The notes under the pieces are model-generated. The model worked only from the letters and a program-made list of their open reading frames with translations, was not told the DNA's origin and made no database searches. 64,000 bases of DNA, from contig JAVVEA010000001.1 of NCBI GenBank assembly GCA_032250835.1, positions 64,001-128,000 on the forward strand, in the 5' to 3' direction. Numbering within the stretch: the first letter of the stretch is position 1; each line of letters opens with the position of its first letter. Positions 49,498-59,884 of this stretch are shown here, piece after piece. Source of the DNA: a bacterium. Lineage in GTDB: Bacteria; SAR324; XYD2-FULL-50-16. The translations under genes were made by a program, and so were the position numbers.

Positions 49498-51252
49498 TTA
49501 CATCTTGTCTAAAGGTTCGATGCCCAACGTCGTCAGGCCTTTGGCCAACACGGCGCGGACGGCCGCACAAAGGCCCAAACGGCCCGGCAGCATTTTGGCT
49601 TCGCCCCGAAGGATCGGGGTTTCGTAATAATACTTGTTAAATCCCTTGGCTAAGTCAAAGAGGTAGCTACAGAGCACCGCCGGGTTCCGGTCGGTGGCCG
49701 CTTGAACCTGGGCCTCATAATAACGCGCCAAAAGGACTAACATTTCCCGCTCGCCATCGCCCCAAGGTCCGGCTCCGTCCAAAACGGGCTGGGCCTCGGC
49801 TTCGAGGACGGCTTTAGATAACAGGCTATGGATGCGGGCGTGGGTGTATTGTAGGTAAGGACCCGTAGCCCCTTCAAAAGCGAGGCTTTCTTTGGGGTTG
49901 AACTGGATCTCTTTGGCCGCACCGGCGCGCAAGATGTAATATTTGACCGCCGCCTGACCGATGGCCTCTGCGGTGGCCTCAATCTGCTCAACCGCGAGGT
50001 TGTCGCGGGCCTTGATCTCTTCTATGGCCAGCTCTTTCATGCCGTCGAGCAAATCATCCAGATCGACCACCGTCCCTTCGCGGCTTTTCATCTTGCCTTC
50101 AGGCAGGGTGATCATCCCGTAGCTGATGTGTTCGAGCCTCTCGGCCCAGTCATAGCCGAAGCGTTTTAAGACCTCAAAGAGCATCTTAAAGTGAAGGTCC
50201 TGTTCATTGCCGACCACAAAAAAGCTGCGGTCAAACTGGTGGTCCTGGTACTTCTGTACCGTCGTACCCAGGTCCTGGGTTATATACATGCTGGTACCGT
50301 CGCCGCGCAGCAGGATTTTTTTGCCCCAGCCCAGGTCGTCAAGGTCGATGGAAAGCGCACCGTTGTCTTCGACCTGGCAAAGTCCCTTTTCTTTGGCGTC
50401 CAAAACGATCTGGCGGCCTGATTCGAAGGTTTCGGACTCAAAATAAAACTGGTCAAATTGGCAGCCTAAGCGTTGGTAGGTCTCTTTAAAGCCCGCCATC
50501 ACCCACTGGTTCATCTGGGCCCATAATTTACGCACCTCGGGCTCACCGGCTTCCCATTGCCGCAGCATTTCGCTGGCGGCTTCGTCGAGGCCTTCAATCT
50601 CTTTGGATTTCTGGTCATAGAGCACGTAAAAATCACCGACCAGTTTATCGCCCTTTTGCTGGTTTGATTCTGGGGTGATTCCGTTACCCCAGCGCTGGTA
50701 GGCCAACATGGACTTACAGATATGGATGCCCCGGTCGTTAACCAAGTTGGCTTTGGTCACCTCATAACCCACCCGCTCCAACAGGTTGGCCAACGCCATA
50801 CCCAGCAGGTTGTTGCGGCCGTGGCCAAGATGCAGCGGTTTGTTGGTGTTGGGGCTTGAATATTCAAGCAGCACCCGCTGGCCGCGGCCTAAGCTAGCGT
50901 CCCCAAAATCTGGTTGGGTCACCTGCGGCATCAACTGCGCGGCCAAATAGGCCGGTTTGAGCATGAAGTTCAGGTAAGGACCCGCTGCGGTTATGTAGGC
51001 CAAAGGCTCTAAGGCAGCCTGAGCAGACAGGCTAGCGGCTAGATTGGCGGCGATCTTCGGCGGTGCCGATTTAGCGGCCTTGGCAAAGGGAAAGCAAGCC
51101 AGGGCCAAGTGGCCCATGCTCTGGTCCGGCGGGGTTTCAAACTTAAAAACCAAGGGCCCCAAGTCGCCGAATTCGGCGCTTAGGGCTTCGGTGACCAAGG
51201 GCTTCAGTTGTTCTTTCAGACGACCAAAAAAATCGTCTCGATCCAGTCCCAT
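49498..51252 (-). CDS. argS: Arginine--tRNA ligase
   Basis: '[18 protein letters not shown]' (HIGH), 'KMKSREG', '[11 protein letters not shown]'. Confidence 0.96.
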   Translation of the reverse strand: MGLDRDDFFGRLKEQLKPLVTEALSAEFGDLGPLVFKFETPPDQSMGHLALACFPFAKAAKSAPPKIAANLAASLSAQAALEPLAYITAAGPYLNFMLKPAYLAAQLMPQVTQPDFGDASLGRGQRVLLEYSSPNTNKPLHLGHGRNNLLGMALANLLERVGYEVTKANLVNDRGIHICKSMLAYQRWGNGITPESNQQKGDKLVGDFYVLYDQKSKEIEGLDEAASEMLRQWEAGEPEVRKLWAQMNQWVMAGFKETYQRLGCQFDQFYFESETFESGRQIVLDAKEKGLCQVEDNGALSIDLDDLGWGKKILLRGDGTSMYITQDLGTTVQKYQDHQFDRSFFVVGNEQDLHFKMLFEVLKRFGYDWAERLEHISYGMITLPEGKMKSREGTVVDLDDLLDGMKELAIEEIKARDNLAVEQIEATAEAIGQAAVKYYILRAGAAKEIQFNPKESLAFEGATGPYLQYTHARIHSLLSKAVLEAEAQPVLDGAGPWGDGEREMLVLLARYYEAQVQAATDRNPAVLCSYLFDLAKGFNKYYYETPILRGEAKMLPGRLGLCAAVRAVLAKGLTTLGIEPLDKM

Positions 51253-52152
51253 TTAGCGCGCCCTCTTGCGCTGTTCGAGCAACCAAACCACCGGGCTGGC
51301 CACGAAGATCGAAGAATAGGTACCCACCACCAAGCCGATGATCATGGCAAAACAGAAGTCGTGGATGATCTCACCGCCGAAGATGAATAGGGCGGCCACC
51401 ACCAAGAAGGTGGTTAACGAGGTCAGGATCGTGCGGCTTAAGCTCTCGTTGATGCTGCGGTTGATCACGTCCAACAAGCTCGACTTGGGCAGTTTGGCCA
51501 CGTTCTCACGGATGCGGTCAAAGACCACAATGGTATCGTTTAGCGAATAACCGATGATGGTCAACACGGCCGCCACAATCGTCAGGCTGAATTCCTTGTC
51601 CGCCAAGATGAAGACACCCATGGTGATGGTTACGTCATGAAACAACGCCACCACCGCCGCGACGCCGTAGCGCCAATGGAAGCGGATCCCCACATAGACC
51701 AAAATACCGATCAAAGCAAAGAGTCCAGCGTCTAGCGCCTTTTCCTTCAACTCGTCGCCTACCTTGGCCCCTACGGACTCAACGCGGCGCATGTCGTAGA
51801 CCGGGAACTCTTTATTAAACACCTCTTGGACCTGAGCCGAGACGTTGGCGTTGTTCTCAAAAGCGTCCTGGGGCAGGGTAATCAACACTTCATGGTCGCC
51901 TTGGTCGCCGAAGTTGGTGATCGCCACCTGACCGGTTACCCGGTCGCCAAAAAGGCTGCGTAGGCGTCCTAGATCGGGTTCCTGAGGAAACTGCACTTGG
52001 ATCAGTGTGCCCCCTTTGAAGTCGATTCCATAATTGACACCCACGGCGAAGAAAGAGGCGATGGAGATCAGAATCAGTAAAACTGATAGGCCACCGGCCA
52101 GATTCTTTTTGCCCATAAAGTTAAAACTGGGCTGGTCTTGAAAAAACTTCAT
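51253..52152 (-). CDS. secF: Protein translocase subunit SecF
   Basis: 'GIDFKGGT', 'HDV', 'IGYSLNDTIVVFDRIRE', 'GTYSSIFVASP'. Confidence 0.96.
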   Translation of the reverse strand: MKFFQDQPSFNFMGKKNLAGGLSVLLILISIASFFAVGVNYGIDFKGGTLIQVQFPQEPDLGRLRSLFGDRVTGQVAITNFGDQGDHEVLITLPQDAFENNANVSAQVQEVFNKEFPVYDMRRVESVGAKVGDELKEKALDAGLFALIGILVYVGIRFHWRYGVAAVVALFHDVTITMGVFILADKEFSLTIVAAVLTIIGYSLNDTIVVFDRIRENVAKLPKSSLLDVINRSINESLSRTILTSLTTFLVVAALFIFGGEIIHDFCFAMIIGLVVGTYSSIFVASPVVWLLEQRKRAR

Positions 52153-52158
52153 GGTCCC

Positions 52159-54183
52159 TTAAATCGAGATCTTGTCGAGTCGCGAACGGTTTAGATAGAC
52201 CAGTTCAAAGAGGAACTTGCCTACGATGATAGCAGTAAACATACTAGCCACGATGCCAATCGACAGCGTAACGGCAAAACCCTTGATGGGGCCGGTACCA
52301 AACTGGAACAGGATGATCGCCGCCAAGATGGTGGTGATGTTCGAGTCTAAGATGGTGGTGGTCGCTTTAGCGAAGCCAATTTGGATCGCCGAGCGGTGGT
52401 TGGTGCCTTTGCGGAGTTCTTCTCGGATCCGCTCAAAGATCAACACGTTGGCATCTACGGCCATACCGATGGTCAAGACGATGCCCGCCATACCCGGCAA
52501 GGTTAAAGTCGCCTGGAAGTAGGCCAAAGCCGCCACAATCAGCGAAAGGTTGCCCACCAGCGCCAGGACCGCGAAGACCCCCGCGACGCGGTAGTAGACA
52601 ACCATGAAGATCATCACGATGGAAAAACCAATCACCAAGGATACCAAGGCTTGGCGGATGCTGTCTTGGCCGAGGCTCGCGCCAATGGTGCGCTCTTCGT
52701 GGATCACGATGGGTGCGGGCAAAGCACCGGAGCGCAGGACCAAAGCCAGCTCGCTTGCTTCTTCGGGGCTAAAGCTGCCGGTGATTTGGGCTTCTCCGCC
52801 ATCAATCTTTTCGTTGATTCTCGGGGCCGACTGGACCTTACCGTCCAAGACAATCGCCAACTGGCGGCCCACCGTTTCGCCGGTGACCTTGCCGAATACC
52901 TCTTTGCCTTCGGCGTCAAAGGAGATGCTTACATAGGCCTGTCCGGTCTGACCAAAACCAACGCGGGCATCGCGGATCACGTCGCCTTGCAGCAAGACCT
53001 TTTTTTCCAGTACATAAGGAACCCGGTTGATCACTTCTTTGGTGGTTTCGTCGCGGACCTCCTGGTAACGGACAATATGCTCGTCAGTGGCCGTCTCGGG
53101 GGTTACGTTTTTCGTCACCAATTGGAAGTCCAACACCGCCACCTGTCCGATCACGCGCCGGGCTTGATCGGGGTCTTTGAGGCCCGGTAGCTGTACGATG
53201 ATGCTGTCTTCACCGCGTCGTTGGATGCTGGGTTCTTTAACGCCTAATTGGTCGATCCGGTTGCGGATCGTCTCTAAAGCCTGTTCGATAGCGCGCTGTT
53301 TGACGGCCCGGTCGGCTTCTGGCTTCATGCTCAAGAGCCGCCCCACCGGGGTGGTCTTGATGTCAAAATCGGCACCAACGATCCGGGCGTAGTCATCTGA
53401 GGCTAGGTCTAGGTTCTCGTCAGGCGACAAGGAAACTTCAATCTGGCGCTCTGAGGTGACCAAAACAGAGTCGTAGTTGACGTGGTTTTCGAGCAACTTA
53501 AGCTCTAAAGCCTCGGCGGCGCGTTCGACCACCTTCTGGGCGACCACATCGACCTCAACACCGACGTCTAGGTACATACCGCCTTGTAGGTCAAGGCCTA
53601 AGCTAACGACGTTGGCCAATTCTTTAGGCCGCAGTTGGTAGGCATCGCCTTCTTCTTTGTAAAAAGCTTCTAGGTCACTGCCTAAAATGCTTTTGAGCGG
53701 CTCCGTCGTTTCGCCCAAACGGCGGGTTTTCTTGAGCGAAATGAGGATGGAATCGCCACCGGCGGCCAATTGGATCGTTTCGATCTTGCGGACGTTGGTG
53801 AACAGCCCGTCTAGCTCTTTCGCTACCTTTGAAACAAAGGTTTCTTTGGTAAACTCAGGCTTAAGCACCAGATAGTTAGAGCCGTCGATTTCCTTTAGCT
53901 CAAAGCGGTCCTGGACCAAACCGGCAAAGATAGGGTTGTCCATCGGGACTCGGGCCCCTTCGCCCACCAATAGCTGGATGCGGTTTTGATCAGGTTCCGC
54001 CAAGGCTAGGTGCATCGCCTTAAGTGGCTCGACCAGACGCTTGATCTCCTTATACCGAGACTCGATGCGCGCCCTTTGGGCACCGGGTTCTTCGGGCATA
54101 AAGCTGTGGACGGTGGGGAGGTCGTAATATATAGCCGCCGCCAGGACGGCTAGAATCATCAGGGCTTTTGAGGTCAAGCTCAT
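52159..54183 (-). CDS. secD: Protein translocase subunit SecD (extended N-terminal periplasmic region)
   Basis: 'LGLDLQGG', 'RNRIDQLGVKEP', 'LRSGALP', 'GMAVDANVLIFERIREE'. Confidence 0.96.
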   Translation of the reverse strand: MSLTSKALMILAVLAAAIYYDLPTVHSFMPEEPGAQRARIESRYKEIKRLVEPLKAMHLALAEPDQNRIQLLVGEGARVPMDNPIFAGLVQDRFELKEIDGSNYLVLKPEFTKETFVSKVAKELDGLFTNVRKIETIQLAAGGDSILISLKKTRRLGETTEPLKSILGSDLEAFYKEEGDAYQLRPKELANVVSLGLDLQGGMYLDVGVEVDVVAQKVVERAAEALELKLLENHVNYDSVLVTSERQIEVSLSPDENLDLASDDYARIVGADFDIKTTPVGRLLSMKPEADRAVKQRAIEQALETIRNRIDQLGVKEPSIQRRGEDSIIVQLPGLKDPDQARRVIGQVAVLDFQLVTKNVTPETATDEHIVRYQEVRDETTKEVINRVPYVLEKKVLLQGDVIRDARVGFGQTGQAYVSISFDAEGKEVFGKVTGETVGRQLAIVLDGKVQSAPRINEKIDGGEAQITGSFSPEEASELALVLRSGALPAPIVIHEERTIGASLGQDSIRQALVSLVIGFSIVMIFMVVYYRVAGVFAVLALVGNLSLIVAALAYFQATLTLPGMAGIVLTIGMAVDANVLIFERIREELRKGTNHRSAIQIGFAKATTTILDSNITTILAAIILFQFGTGPIKGFAVTLSIGIVASMFTAIIVGKFLFELVYLNRSRLDKISI

Positions 54184-54527
54184 GATTCGCTTTTCTCCTT
54201 AGAATCTTTCTCAACGACTGCCGTCACTTGGGACTTTTGGACCCGGATCACCGTGTTGTGGGCGATTTCCAGTTCCATATAGTCTTTTTCGTCGTATTTC
54301 TTTTTGATCTTACCGTAGATGCCCGCAGCGGTGATCACTTCGTCACCGTTCTTGAGGTTGTCGATCATTTTGGCGAGATTTTTGGCCTTTTTTTGTTGGG
54401 GCCGGATCACCAAAAAGAAGAAGATCATGAAAATAGCACCGAACATCACCAGCTGGCTGGTCATCTCGTTTCCGGAACCGCCCCCTTGGGGCTGCATGGC
54501 GTAAAGATCGGGTATCAGTGAAAACAT
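54180..54527 (-). CDS. yajC: Preprotein translocase subunit YajC
   Basis: 'FFLVIRPQQKK', 'GDEVITAAGIYGKI'. Confidence 0.95.
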   Translation of the reverse strand: MFSLIPDLYAMQPQGGGSGNEMTSQLVMFGAIFMIFFFLVIRPQQKKAKNLAKMIDNLKNGDEVITAAGIYGKIKKKYDEKDYMELEIAHNTVIRVQKSQVTAVVEKDSKEKSES

Positions 54528-54700
54528 CTTCTAAGACTCCCTTTGGGCAAATAGGCTGTTGTTTTAGGTAAGCTTAACACTTACCTGCCCTACCGGGGGC
54601 CGTCAACCGCTAAAACCGGGCGCTAACGCCCGTTGCGCCCCTTGCCAAGCTGAGTCTTGCCGCGCTACAAAGAAGGACCCTATTATTGCCGGAGCCCTAA

Positions 54701-56062
54701 TTGAAAATCGTCATCGCCGGAGCCGGAGAGGTCGGCTACAACCTAATTGAAAAGCTTGCCCGCGAGGGGATGGACCTTTCGGTGGTGGATACCGACGCCA
54801 AGACGTTGAAATCCATTGAAAAGCGTTTCAAGGTTGCGGTGGATTTGTCGAACGTGGTGGATTCGAGGTTTCTTTCAAAATCCCACCTGAAAGACGCGGA
54901 TCTGTTCTTAGCGATCACCAACTCCGACGAAACCAACATGATCGCCTGTAAAATGGCCAAGGCCAGCGGTGTCAGTAAGACGGTCTGCCGGATCCGCTCG
55001 GTCCATTTAGAGGGCTCTAAGCGGGAAGAATCCCTAAAATCCCTCGGGATTGACTTCATCATCAATCCCGTCGAGTTAGTCGCCGCCGAACTCTTTCAGC
55101 TGGTGATGACCCCTAATTTGATCGACCAGCATCAGTTTGACGACGGCAAGCTACTTTTTTTGGGTTACCGGATGCAGCCCTTTTGTAGCTTCATGGGCAA
55201 GAGCTTTGGCGAAGTCCGCAATCAGCTAGAGCGGCTGCGGGTCGTTCCGGCGCTTCTACTACGCCACGACCGCTGCTTTCTGCCCCATGACGAAACGCTG
55301 GTCGAGCCCAATGACGTGGTCTACTTCTTCAGCCCCAACCAAGCCCACAACCTGCTGCGGGAGCAGATGGGTTATGCCCGTGCGGCAATGCGCAAGAAGC
55401 GGATCATGATCAACGGCGGCGGCCATATCGGTTTCCGCTTGGCCCGTTTGCTCGAAGACACGCCCCATCAGGTCAAGATCATCGAAATGCGCGAACAACG
55501 CGCCCAGAGTATTGCCGGGCGTCTGCGCAAGGCCCTGGTGTTGAATTTTGACGGAACGGAGCTGAAAAAGCTGGTCGCTGAAGGTCTAGACGAGATGGAT
55601 TTCTTTATTTCTGTGGCCTCTAAAGAAGAAATCAACATTGCCGCCTGCCTTTTGGCGAAAGCCCATTGCGACGCAAAAACCATCTGTCTGGTAAAACAGC
55701 AGGAACTGATCCCTATTTTGCAGCAGGGGACCCAGATCGAACGAGCAATCAGCCCGCGCATCTTGACGGCGCGCCACCTGAACCGGTTTATCCAAGGCGG
55801 CGACGTGGAGTCTTACTTCTCTCAAGCCCATATGGAGGTCTTCCAGCTCCACCTCAAGGCGGGCAGTCCCGTTTTAGGGCGCAGTATCGAGCAAATGGAC
55901 TTAGGCGAGGCCTCTTCGGTGGGTCTGATCCACCGGGGCGGACACTACGTTTTGCCACGGCCCAAAACGATCTTAAAAGAAGATGATCTTTTGTTCTTGA
56001 TGATCCACAAACTGGACCGTGCCCAGGTTATGGCTCGGTTCGAATCCACCGTGGAGGCTTGA
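54701..56062 (+). CDS. trkA: Trk K+ uptake system NAD-binding subunit TrkA
   Basis: 'MKIVIAGAGEVG', 'DETNMIAC', second RCK 'IMINGGGHIG'. Confidence 0.92.
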   Translation: MKIVIAGAGEVGYNLIEKLAREGMDLSVVDTDAKTLKSIEKRFKVAVDLSNVVDSRFLSKSHLKDADLFLAITNSDETNMIACKMAKASGVSKTVCRIRSVHLEGSKREESLKSLGIDFIINPVELVAAELFQLVMTPNLIDQHQFDDGKLLFLGYRMQPFCSFMGKSFGEVRNQLERLRVVPALLLRHDRCFLPHDETLVEPNDVVYFFSPNQAHNLLREQMGYARAAMRKKRIMINGGGHIGFRLARLLEDTPHQVKIIEMREQRAQSIAGRLRKALVLNFDGTELKKLVAEGLDEMDFFISVASKEEINIAACLLAKAHCDAKTICLVKQQELIPILQQGTQIERAISPRILTARHLNRFIQGGDVESYFSQAHMEVFQLHLKAGSPVLGRSIEQMDLGEASSVGLIHRGGHYVLPRPKTILKEDDLLFLMIHKLDRAQVMARFESTVEA

Positions 56063-56063
56063 G

Positions 56064-57509
56064 TTGCAAATCCTTTCCATATTAAAGGCCTTGGGGGTGG
56101 TGGTGTTGATCATCGCCCTTGGTTTGTTGGTGCCCACCATCTTTGCGGCCCTGACCGGGAGCCCCGACTTGAAGGCTTTTTTGATGAGCTTTGGGCTTTC
56201 GGCTGCCTGTGGTGGGGCTTTGCTGGCCTTACCTAAGACCGGCAACCCCCTAAAAAACCAAGACGGCTTTGCCCTGGTTTCTTTTGGTTGGCTCGCGGCG
56301 GGCTTGTTTGGTGCCCTGCCTTATCTCTTTTCTGACGCCGTTCCTAGCCTAACAGACGCCTATTTTGAGTCCATCTCCGGCTTCACGACCACCGGCGCGT
56401 CGGTATTTACTGAGATCGAAAACAAAAGCCAACCGCTGCTGCTTTGGCGCAGCATGACCCAATGGTTTGGGGGGATGGGGATTATCGTTTTGACCATCGC
56501 CATCATCCCCTATTTGGATATTGGCGGTATGTCGATCTTCCAAGCCGAGGTTCCCGGGCCCACCGCCGAAAAGCTGACCCCCCGCATCCAAGATACCGCG
56601 AAGGTTTTGTGGATTGTTTATCTTCTGTTTACCCTGTTGTTGGTCGCCCTTTTATGGTTGGCGGGCATGAACCTGTTTGACTCGATCAACCACAGCTTCG
56701 CCACCATGTCCACCGGGGGCTTCTCGACCAAAAATGCCTCGGTCGCCGGGTTCCATAACCCGCTGATAGAGTGGATCATTACGCTGTTTATGTTGTTGGC
56801 GGGCGTTAACTTTGCGCTGCATTACCGATTTTTATTTCAGAAGTTTAACCCGAAATACTACCTAAAGGACTCGGAGCTACATTTTTATCTCCTAGTCGTC
56901 GGCCTCTCCATCGCCGCCATCACCACCGTGATTTTGACGGTGCAAGGGGGGCATTTTGAATCCGCCTTAAGGGGCGTCGCCTTTACCGTCGTTTCCATCG
57001 TCACCACCACTGGCTTCGGTACCGCCGACTTTGAACTTTGGCCAATCTTTGGCCAGATGTTATTGCTTTTGTTGATGGTAATGGGCGGATGTGCCGGTAG
57101 TACCTCGGGCGGTGTAAAGTCGGTGCGGATTATGTTGGTGCTTAAATACATGTATGTAGAGATGCTCAAGCTGCTGCACCCTCACTTAGTCCGGGACGTG
57201 AAGATGCAAGATCAGGTGGTCGAACGGTCGGTTTTGAGTAGTATTCTGGGCTTTTTGTTTATTTACATTTCGGTGATGGTTTTCTCGATTCTGCTGGTCA
57301 GTTTCCAGACGGACTTTATCACCGCCATCAGCGCGGTTATTGCCTGTTTATCAAACATTGGCCCAGGCTTGGGCAGCGTCGGCCCCACCGACAACTTCGC
57401 GCATCTAGGAGACTTTACCAAATGGGTTTTGTCTCTCAATATGGTGTTGGGCCGCCTGGAGATCATCACGCTTTTGATTCTGTTTCTGCCCCAAAGTTGG
57501 AGCAAGTAA
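56064..57509 (+). CDS. trkH: Trk K+ uptake membrane subunit TrkH
   Basis: 'FESISGFTTTGA', 'QWFGGMGII', 'STGGFS', 'GGCAGSTSGGVK', 'NIGPG', 'GRLE'. TTG start 56064 behind GGAGG. Confidence 0.94.
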   Translation: MQILSILKALGVVVLIIALGLLVPTIFAALTGSPDLKAFLMSFGLSAACGGALLALPKTGNPLKNQDGFALVSFGWLAAGLFGALPYLFSDAVPSLTDAYFESISGFTTTGASVFTEIENKSQPLLLWRSMTQWFGGMGIIVLTIAIIPYLDIGGMSIFQAEVPGPTAEKLTPRIQDTAKVLWIVYLLFTLLLVALLWLAGMNLFDSINHSFATMSTGGFSTKNASVAGFHNPLIEWIITLFMLLAGVNFALHYRFLFQKFNPKYYLKDSELHFYLLVVGLSIAAITTVILTVQGGHFESALRGVAFTVVSIVTTTGFGTADFELWPIFGQMLLLLLMVMGGCAGSTSGGVKSVRIMLVLKYMYVEMLKLLHPHLVRDVKMQDQVVERSVLSSILGFLFIYISVMVFSILLVSFQTDFITAISAVIACLSNIGPGLGSVGPTDNFAHLGDFTKWVLSLNMVLGRLEIITLLILFLPQSWSK

Positions 57510-57525
57510 CCTCTATAATAAATCC

Positions 57526-58506
57526 ATGTCAGACCAAATATTGATTGTAGGGGGTGCCGGTTATATTGGCAGCCATGTCGCACTAGCCTTTGCAGAGACC
57601 GGTGCCCAGGTTACGGTGTTGGATAATCTCAGCACCGGGCGCAGGAGCAACCTGCAAGAGGGGATGGAGCTGATCGAAGGCGATATTTTAGACCCTGCCC
57701 AATTAGCTCAAGTTTTTGAGCGAACCTGGGACGGCGTGGTACATTTGGCGGCGCTGAAGGCCGCCGGGGAGTCTATGTTAGAGCCCGAAGCCTATGCGCG
57801 CCAAAACTTAATCGGCAGCCTCAACCTGCTGGAGGCCTATGCCTCCCAGCCGGATTCTAAGTTGATTTTTTCTTCCACTGCGGCGGTCTACGGGATGCCC
57901 CAATACCTGCCGATGGACGAGGCACATCCGACCGTTCCAATCAATTTTTATGGCTACACGAAGCTGCAAATCGAGGGGTATTTGGGCTGGTACGCCCGAC
58001 TGCGGGGCTTAAAATACGCGGCGTTGCGCTATTTTAACGCCGCCGGGTACGACGCCCAAGGGCGCATCACCGGTTTAGAACACAACCCCCAAAACCTGAT
58101 CCCCATTGTGATGGAGACGGCGCTAGGGCAACGCAGTGAATTGCTGATCTTAGGCGACGATTACGACACCCCCGACGGCACCGGGGTACGGGACTATATC
58201 CACGTCTCGGACCTCGCCCGTGGGCACGTAGCCGCCTACGGCCACCTAAAGCAAGGCCGAGAAAATTTGGTGATCAATCTAGGCGCAGGCCAGGGGTATT
58301 CGGTCCAGGAGGTGGTAGACAACAGCCAGCGGATCTGTGGCAGGCCCATACCCCGCAAAGTGGTCGGTCGGCGTGAAGGAGACGCTGCCAATGTATACGC
58401 TTCGGCCCAGATGGCGGCTGATGTTTTGGATTGGAAGGTGCAGGAATCGGACTTAGAAAACATGCTCAAAAGCACTTGGGACCTTTACATCAAACAAAAT
58501 CCATGA
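57526..58506 (+). CDS. galE: UDP-glucose 4-epimerase
   Basis: 'GGAGYIGSH', 'FSSTAAVYG', 'YGYTK', 'LRYFNAAG', 'DGTGVRDYIHV'. Confidence 0.95.
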   Translation: MSDQILIVGGAGYIGSHVALAFAETGAQVTVLDNLSTGRRSNLQEGMELIEGDILDPAQLAQVFERTWDGVVHLAALKAAGESMLEPEAYARQNLIGSLNLLEAYASQPDSKLIFSSTAAVYGMPQYLPMDEAHPTVPINFYGYTKLQIEGYLGWYARLRGLKYAALRYFNAAGYDAQGRITGLEHNPQNLIPIVMETALGQRSELLILGDDYDTPDGTGVRDYIHVSDLARGHVAAYGHLKQGRENLVINLGAGQGYSVQEVVDNSQRICGRPIPRKVVGRREGDAANVYASAQMAADVLDWKVQESDLENMLKSTWDLYIKQNP

Positions 58507-59882
58507 GTTATGACCTATTAATCGTCGGGTCCGGCCCTGGGGGCTATGTGGCCGCCATCCGCGCCGCCCAATTGGGCTTTAAGGTGGGGCTGATCGAACA
58601 ATATCCCGTCCCTGGGGGCACCTGTTTGAACGTCGGGTGCATCCCCTCGAAAGCCCTATTGGAGTCCAGTGGAGCCTATGAGTCCGCCGCCAAGGCCGGG
58701 TCTATGGGGGTTTTAGTGGAAGGACTACAAGCCGATTGGCCCGCTATGGTCGCCCGCAAAGATCAAGTGGTGGCCCAAAACCACAAAGGCTTAGCCTATC
58801 TTTTTAAAAAAAACCAGATCGACTGGATTCAAGGCAAGGCCAAGCTGCTAGGGCCCGGTCAATTGGAGGTAAGTGGTCAGGGAATATTAGCCGCCAAGCA
58901 CCTGCTGTTGGCCACTGGCAGCAAGCCCGCCAGCCTGCCCTTCGCCCCGCCCGATGGCCAAAACATCTTGACCAGCACCGAGGCCCTGAGCCTCGCTGAA
59001 TTGCCCAAGAGCCTGTTGGTGATCGGGGGCGGGGTGATCGGCTTGGAACTGGGTCAGGTCTTCCACCGCTTGGGGACTGAGGTCACCGTCATTGAGCTGA
59101 CCGATGGGTTGCTGCCGGAGATGGACCGAGAACTCGGCAAAGAACTGCTGCGTTGCCTGAAAAAACAAAAGCTGGGCTTTAAATTAGGCCACCGCCTAGA
59201 AGCCTTAAAGCTCCAAGCGGGCGGAGTCGTCGCCCAGGGGCAAGACCCCAAGGGCAACCCCTTCGAGCTAAGCGCCGAGAAAGCGCTGGTGGCGGTGGGG
59301 CGAAAGCCTTATACCTCTGGGCTGGGGCTTGAAGAGGCCGGGGTGCTGCTTGACCAGCGCGGCTTCATCCAGGTGGACCCACAATTCCAAACCAACCTGC
59401 CCGGCGTATATGCCTTTGGCGACGTGATCGGCGGGGCTATGTTGGCCCATAAAGCCAGCGAAGAAGGGGTTTGGCTGGTAGAACAACTGGCGAACCAAAC
59501 CCCGCACCGCTCGACCATACCGGCGGTGGTCTACAGCCACCCCGAGGTGGCCGCAGTGGGACTCAGTGAAGAACAATTAAAGGCCCAAGGCATCGCCTAC
59601 AGCGTAGGTAAGTTTAATTTCCGTGCCTTAGGCCGGGCCATGGCCGCCGGAGCGGCCGACGGTTTTGCAAAGTTACTCACCGACGAAGCCAGCGGGAAAC
59701 TGTTAGGTATTCACTTGATTGGCGAACGGGTCACCGACCTGATCGCTACCGCCGCCTTGGCCCTGGACCAAGGGCTTAAGGCCGAAGAACTAGGACGACT
59801 CTGCTATGCCCATCCGAGCTTTTCTGAAGCTTTGAAGGAGGCCGCCCTGGACGCCTGGAACCACCAATCGATCCATCAATAA
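58503..59882 (+). CDS. lpdA: Dihydrolipoyl dehydrogenase
   Basis: 'GSGPGGYVAAIRAAQ', 'GGTCLNVGCIPSK', 'MLAHKA', 'HPSFSEA'. Start at 58503 (ATGA overlap). Confidence 0.95.
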   Translation: MSYDLLIVGSGPGGYVAAIRAAQLGFKVGLIEQYPVPGGTCLNVGCIPSKALLESSGAYESAAKAGSMGVLVEGLQADWPAMVARKDQVVAQNHKGLAYLFKKNQIDWIQGKAKLLGPGQLEVSGQGILAAKHLLLATGSKPASLPFAPPDGQNILTSTEALSLAELPKSLLVIGGGVIGLELGQVFHRLGTEVTVIELTDGLLPEMDRELGKELLRCLKKQKLGFKLGHRLEALKLQAGGVVAQGQDPKGNPFELSAEKALVAVGRKPYTSGLGLEEAGVLLDQRGFIQVDPQFQTNLPGVYAFGDVIGGAMLAHKASEEGVWLVEQLANQTPHRSTIPAVVYSHPEVAAVGLSEEQLKAQGIAYSVGKFNFRALGRAMAAGAADGFAKLLTDEASGKLLGIHLIGERVTDLIATAALALDQGLKAEELGRLCYAHPSFSEALKEAALDAWNHQSIHQ

Positions 59883-59884
59883 AC

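Noticed and set aside
56036..56050. GGTTCGAATCC tRNA T-loop-like motif
   Set aside because: It lies inside the trkA 3' coding end; there is no acceptor, D or anticodon stem and no properly placed CCA.
58431..58502. lpdA extension overlapping galE
   Set aside because: Homology starts at MSYDLLIVG (58503).
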